From the NCBI GenBank assembly GCA_017440465.1, contig JAFSHF010000022.1, positions 159-64,158 on the forward strand: DNA of 64,000 nt, written 5' to 3'. Of the stretch, positions 60,540 through 64,000 are shown in pieces. Positions within the stretch are counted from its first letter, which is position 1. Each line of letters begins with the position of its first letter. The DNA comes from Clostridia bacterium (GTDB lineage Bacteria > Bacillota > Clostridia > Oscillospirales > QAKW01). The notes below the pieces were generated by a model. That model made no database searches. It had not been told where the DNA came from and was given only the letters and a program-made list of their open reading frames with translations. A program made the position numbers and the translations under genes.

Positions 60540-61567
60540 ATTGGGCTGAATATATAATCAACAGTTTCAAAAAGCTGCGTACCCAGGATGTCAAAGACTG
60601 CATCGATCAGGTGGAGCAGCGCACCGGCAAAAGTAAAGCGACGATCCTTTGGGATATGGCGCTTTGCGCCTTTCGCCATCAGGCGGGGTACCACGATTAT
60701 ACCATCTTCGGAATGTATGATATGACCGAAGAGCAAAGAAAAAATCTTCTCACCCGCGGCAAAAACCAAGCATACATCGAAGCACTCAATGATCCTGCCG
60801 ACCGCCATTATTTTGAAAATAAGAGCGAGTTTTTGGAGTTATTTGCCGATGAGATCGGCAGAGATTATCTGGATATCTCCAACGCCACCTTTGATGATTT
60901 TGATGCCTTTTTCCAAAAGCACGGTCAGATGATCGCCAAACCCGAAGCGGGGCTTGGCGGCAAGGATGTGGAAAAGGTGGATCCGGAGGAAGAGGGCAGT
61001 GTTGTCGCCCTCTATAACCGCCTGAAGACCGGCGGGCAGACCTTGATCGAAGAGGTGCTGGAGCAGCACGCGGCACTGGATGCCCTTTATCCCGATGCGG
61101 TCAATACCGTGCGAATGGTGACCATCACCGATGAACATAATGCGCCCCATCTGATCTATGCCGCTATGCGGCTGGGTCGGAGCGGTTCGGTCATCGATAA
61201 TTTCCATTCCGGCGGGCTGATCTGCCCCATTGATCTGAAAAAGGGTGTGCTGATCGGCCCTGCCGCCAGCCTGGAGGGAGAAGCCTTCGATGCCCACCCC
61301 GATACCGGAATTCATTTCGACGGTTATTTCCTTCCCTATTGGAAAGAGGTTCTTGCGCTGACCGCAAAGGCGACCCAAAAAGTGCCCGGCGTCCGCTTTG
61401 TCGGCTGGGATCTGGCGATCACCCCGAAGGGGCCGGTCCTTGTGGCAGGGACGCCCACACCGGGGCACGATATTTATCAGTTAGTTGCTCAAAATCCTGA
61501 GAAAAAGGGAATGTTGCCCGCCTTTGATGCCGCCGTCCCTTATGAATGGGTCAAATCTAAAAAATAA
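60536..61567 (+). CDS. Sugar-transfer-associated ATP-grasp domain protein
   Basis: AKP, IEE, QH, VNTVR, DNFHSGG, HPDTG, VGWDLAIT. Confidence 0.82.
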   Translation: MNWAEYIINSFKKLRTQDVKDCIDQVEQRTGKSKATILWDMALCAFRHQAGYHDYTIFGMYDMTEEQRKNLLTRGKNQAYIEALNDPADRHYFENKSEFLELFADEIGRDYLDISNATFDDFDAFFQKHGQMIAKPEAGLGGKDVEKVDPEEEGSVVALYNRLKTGGQTLIEEVLEQHAALDALYPDAVNTVRMVTITDEHNAPHLIYAAMRLGRSGSVIDNFHSGGLICPIDLKKGVLIGPAASLEGEAFDAHPDTGIHFDGYFLPYWKEVLALTAKATQKVPGVRFVGWDLAITPKGPVLVAGTPTPGHDIYQLVAQNPEKKGMLPAFDAAVPYEWVKSKK

Positions 61568-61586
61568 AGAAAAGGATATATAAACC

Positions 61587-62882
61587 ATGCTGGATATTAA
61601 GTTTATTCGCGAAAACCCCGAACTTGTCAAGGAAAACATCCGCAAAAAGTTCAAAGATGCCAAACTGCCGCTGGTAGACGAAGCCATCGCGCTCTATGAA
61701 GAAAAGCTTTCCTGCAATAAGCGCGCCGATGATCTGCGCGCCAACCGCAACCGCCTCTCCAAGCAGATCGGTATGCTGATGGGTCAGGGCAAGCGGGAGG
61801 AAGCCGAAGAGATCAAAGCCCAGGTCAGCGCGCAGGCCGATGAGCTTGCCGAACTGCAAAAGAAAGAAGGGCAGCTGCAGGCAAAGCTCAACGAAGTGAT
61901 GATGAAGATCCCCAATATCGTCGACCCTTCCGTTCCGGTAGGCAAAAACGACGAAGAGAACGTGGAAGTGGAGCAATTCGGCGAAAAGACCACCCCCGAT
62001 TTTGAAATCCCCTACCATACCGATATTATGGCAAAATTTGCCGGCATTGATAAGGAAGCCGCCGGTCGCGTGGCGGGCGAAGGCTTCTATTATCTGATGG
62101 GCGATATCGCGCGGCTGCATAGCGCGGTGCTTACTTATGCCCGCGATTTTATGATCGATAAAGGTTTCACCTATTGCATCCCGCCCTTTATGATCCGCAG
62201 CAATGTGGTGACCGGCGTAATGAGCTTTGAAGAGATGGACGCGATGATGTATAAGATCGAAGGCGAGGACCTCTATCTGATCGGCACCAGCGAACATTCC
62301 ATGATCGGTAAGTTCATCGATACCATCACCCCCGAAGAGAGCCTGCCCCTCACCCTGACCAGCTATTCCCCCTGCTTCCGCAAGGAAAAGGGTGCCCACG
62401 GCATTGAGGAGCGCGGCATCTACCGCATCCATCAATTTGAAAAGCAGGAAATGATCGTCATCTGCAAGCCCGAAGAGAGTATGGATTGGTTCCATAAAAT
62501 GTGGAGCTATTCCGTCGAGCTGTTCCGCTCGCTGGATATCCCTGTCCGGACCTTGGAGTGCTGCACCGGTGACCTTGCCGATCTGAAGGTCAAGTCCTAC
62601 GATGTGGAAGCCTGGTCCCCCAAGCAGCAAAAATATTTCGAGGTCTGCTCCTGCTCCAATCTGGGCGATGCGCAGGCGCGGCGCCTGGGCATCCGCGTCA
62701 AGGGCGAGGACGGCAAGAAGTATCTTGCTCATACCTTGAATAATACCGTGGTTGCTCCGCCCCGTATGCTGATCGCATTTTTGGAGAACAACCTGCAGTT
62801 TGACGGCGAAAAATATTCCGTTCGCATCCCCGAAGCCCTGCGCCCCTATATGGGCGGCAAGAGCCTGATCGAAGAGAAATAA
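61587..62882 (+). CDS. serS: Serine--tRNA ligase
   Basis: MLDIKFIREN, LIGTSE, CFRKE, RIHQFEKQEM, HTLNNT. Confidence 0.96.
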   Translation: MLDIKFIRENPELVKENIRKKFKDAKLPLVDEAIALYEEKLSCNKRADDLRANRNRLSKQIGMLMGQGKREEAEEIKAQVSAQADELAELQKKEGQLQAKLNEVMMKIPNIVDPSVPVGKNDEENVEVEQFGEKTTPDFEIPYHTDIMAKFAGIDKEAAGRVAGEGFYYLMGDIARLHSAVLTYARDFMIDKGFTYCIPPFMIRSNVVTGVMSFEEMDAMMYKIEGEDLYLIGTSEHSMIGKFIDTITPEESLPLTLTSYSPCFRKEKGAHGIEERGIYRIHQFEKQEMIVICKPEESMDWFHKMWSYSVELFRSLDIPVRTLECCTGDLADLKVKSYDVEAWSPKQQKYFEVCSCSNLGDAQARRLGIRVKGEDGKKYLAHTLNNTVVAPPRMLIAFLENNLQFDGEKYSVRIPEALRPYMGGKSLIEEK

Positions 62883-62903
62883 TTGAAAAGGAGAAGCTTA
62901 TAA

Positions 62904-63215
62904 ATGGCAGAACTTTTTGAAGTTGCAATGATTTTATGTTTTGGTGCCTCTTGGCCGATGAGTGTTGTTAAATCCTATAAAGCCCGCACCGCCAAAGGAA
63001 AAAGCTTATTGTTTTTATTGCTGATCATCACCGGTTATGTGGCAGGAATCACCGCCAAGCTGATCAACGAAGCCTATATGGCTTCCATCGCCACCAAATG
63101 GTATGTGCTGTTCTTCTATGTCGTGAATTTGCTGACCGTCAGTGCCGACCTTTGCCTCTACTTCAGAAACCGCAAATTGGATAAAGAAGCCGCAAAAGAG
63201 GAGGCCGATTCCTAA
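62904..63215 (+). CDS. Small PQ-loop-like membrane protein
   Basis: CFGASWP, RTAKGKS; three TMs. Confidence 0.75.
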   Translation: MAELFEVAMILCFGASWPMSVVKSYKARTAKGKSLLFLLLIITGYVAGITAKLINEAYMASIATKWYVLFFYVVNLLTVSADLCLYFRNRKLDKEAAKEEADS

Positions 63216-63853
63216 TGAAAAAAATCGTTTTGATCGGCGATTCCATTCGGATGGGCTATGATAAATATGTGCGTCAATCTTTGGAGGAGACCGCCGAAGT
63301 TTATTACCCCGATGAAAATTGCAAATTTGCCCAATACATTCTGCGTATGGTCGGCGGCTGGAAAAGTAAATGGCCCGAAGATATCGACTTGGTCCATTGG
63401 AACGCAGGTCTTTGGGATGTCATCGAGCTTTACGGTGACGGTCCGCTGACTCCCATCGAATACTATGCGCAAATGATCAAGCGGGTGGATAAACGGTTGC
63501 GGATGTTCTATCCCAACGCAAAGATCGTTTTTGCCACCTCCACCGCGGTCATCGAATCGGGCAACAGCAGCAATCATTCCCGCTCCAATGCCACCATCGA
63601 GGCCTATAATCAAGCGGCGATCGAGGCGCTGAAGGATACCGATACCATCATCAATGATCTCTATGCCCTCACCAAGGATGCCCCCGAGGAATGGCATTCC
63701 GACCGCACCCATTATAAAACCCCCAAGGCGATCCAAGCGATCGGCGGGCAGGTGGTCGATGTGATCTGCAAGGAGCTGGACATTTCCTCCAAGGAAATCG
63801 ATATGACGACCTTCGATCCCACACGCTACAGTAAAGAGAATATCGGGTTTTAA
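63215..63853 (+). CDS. SGNH/GDSL hydrolase
   Basis: LIGDSI, NAGLWD, DRTHY. Confidence 0.88.
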   Translation: MKKIVLIGDSIRMGYDKYVRQSLEETAEVYYPDENCKFAQYILRMVGGWKSKWPEDIDLVHWNAGLWDVIELYGDGPLTPIEYYAQMIKRVDKRLRMFYPNAKIVFATSTAVIESGNSSNHSRSNATIEAYNQAAIEALKDTDTIINDLYALTKDAPEEWHSDRTHYKTPKAIQAIGGQVVDVICKELDISSKEIDMTTFDPTRYSKENIGF

Positions 63854-63855
63854 CC

Positions 63856-63888
63856 AAAAAAGCAGTCTGCGAAGGCAGGCTGCTTTTT
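63856..63888 (+). terminator. Intrinsic terminator
   Basis: AAAAAGCAGTCTGC-GAAG-GCAGGCTGCTTTTT. Confidence 0.75.
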
Positions 63889-63914
63889 GATTAATACAAA
63901 ACACTCTATCAAAT

Positions 63915-64000
63915 CCGCCGCAGGCGGTATGGAATCATCGCGCAAGCGATGGATGGAATCGCTTGCTTTGGCAAGCGGATGGTATCAACGCGCAAGCGTT
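63915..64000. repeat. Tandem hairpin repeat with ATGGWATC linkers (REP-like), runs off the window
   Basis: ATGGAATC at 63929 and 63953, ATGGTATC at 63979, each separating a different short hairpin. Confidence 0.6.

Noticed and set aside
61568-61586. T-box riboswitch upstream of serS
   Set aside because: Only 19 bp separate serS from the upstream gene; no T-box sequence seen

Overview
Firmicutes (Clostridia, Oscillospirales-like gene order) chromosomal segment. From ~14.2 kb to the end it is mostly ordinary GC-richer core genome: tsaE-tsaB-rpiB-yybS-like-gdpP-rplI-dnaB-tilS-hpt-ftsH, rodA, trmB, asnA, mltG, yebC, tex and serS, plus a spirochaete/Bacteroidota-type V-ATPase operon. The first ~14.1 kb is an AT-richer accessory island bounded by degenerate tRNA-Ala-derived repeats. 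Its core (4253-11195, minus strand) is a putative RNA-repair/translation-stress system. It runs: two tandem WYL regulators, then a separately promoted ~1.07-kb non-coding array, a DUF2828 (TROVE/Ro60-like, vWA) protein, the RtcB RNA ligase, a small basic ArfA/BrfA-like ORF whose transcript has a terminator before any stop codon, and a nicotinamidase-like hydrolase. The array holds eight structured RNA units sharing covarying closing stems (AAAG-RYRC-N3-CAGCAW ... GYRY-CTTG) with unrelated interiors, interleaved with tRNA-like elements; one unit encloses a tRNA-like D/anticodon/T module. A triplicated operator-plus-extended -10 motif flanks the module. All calls come from reading the sequence and recognising motifs; no database searches or folding programs were run.
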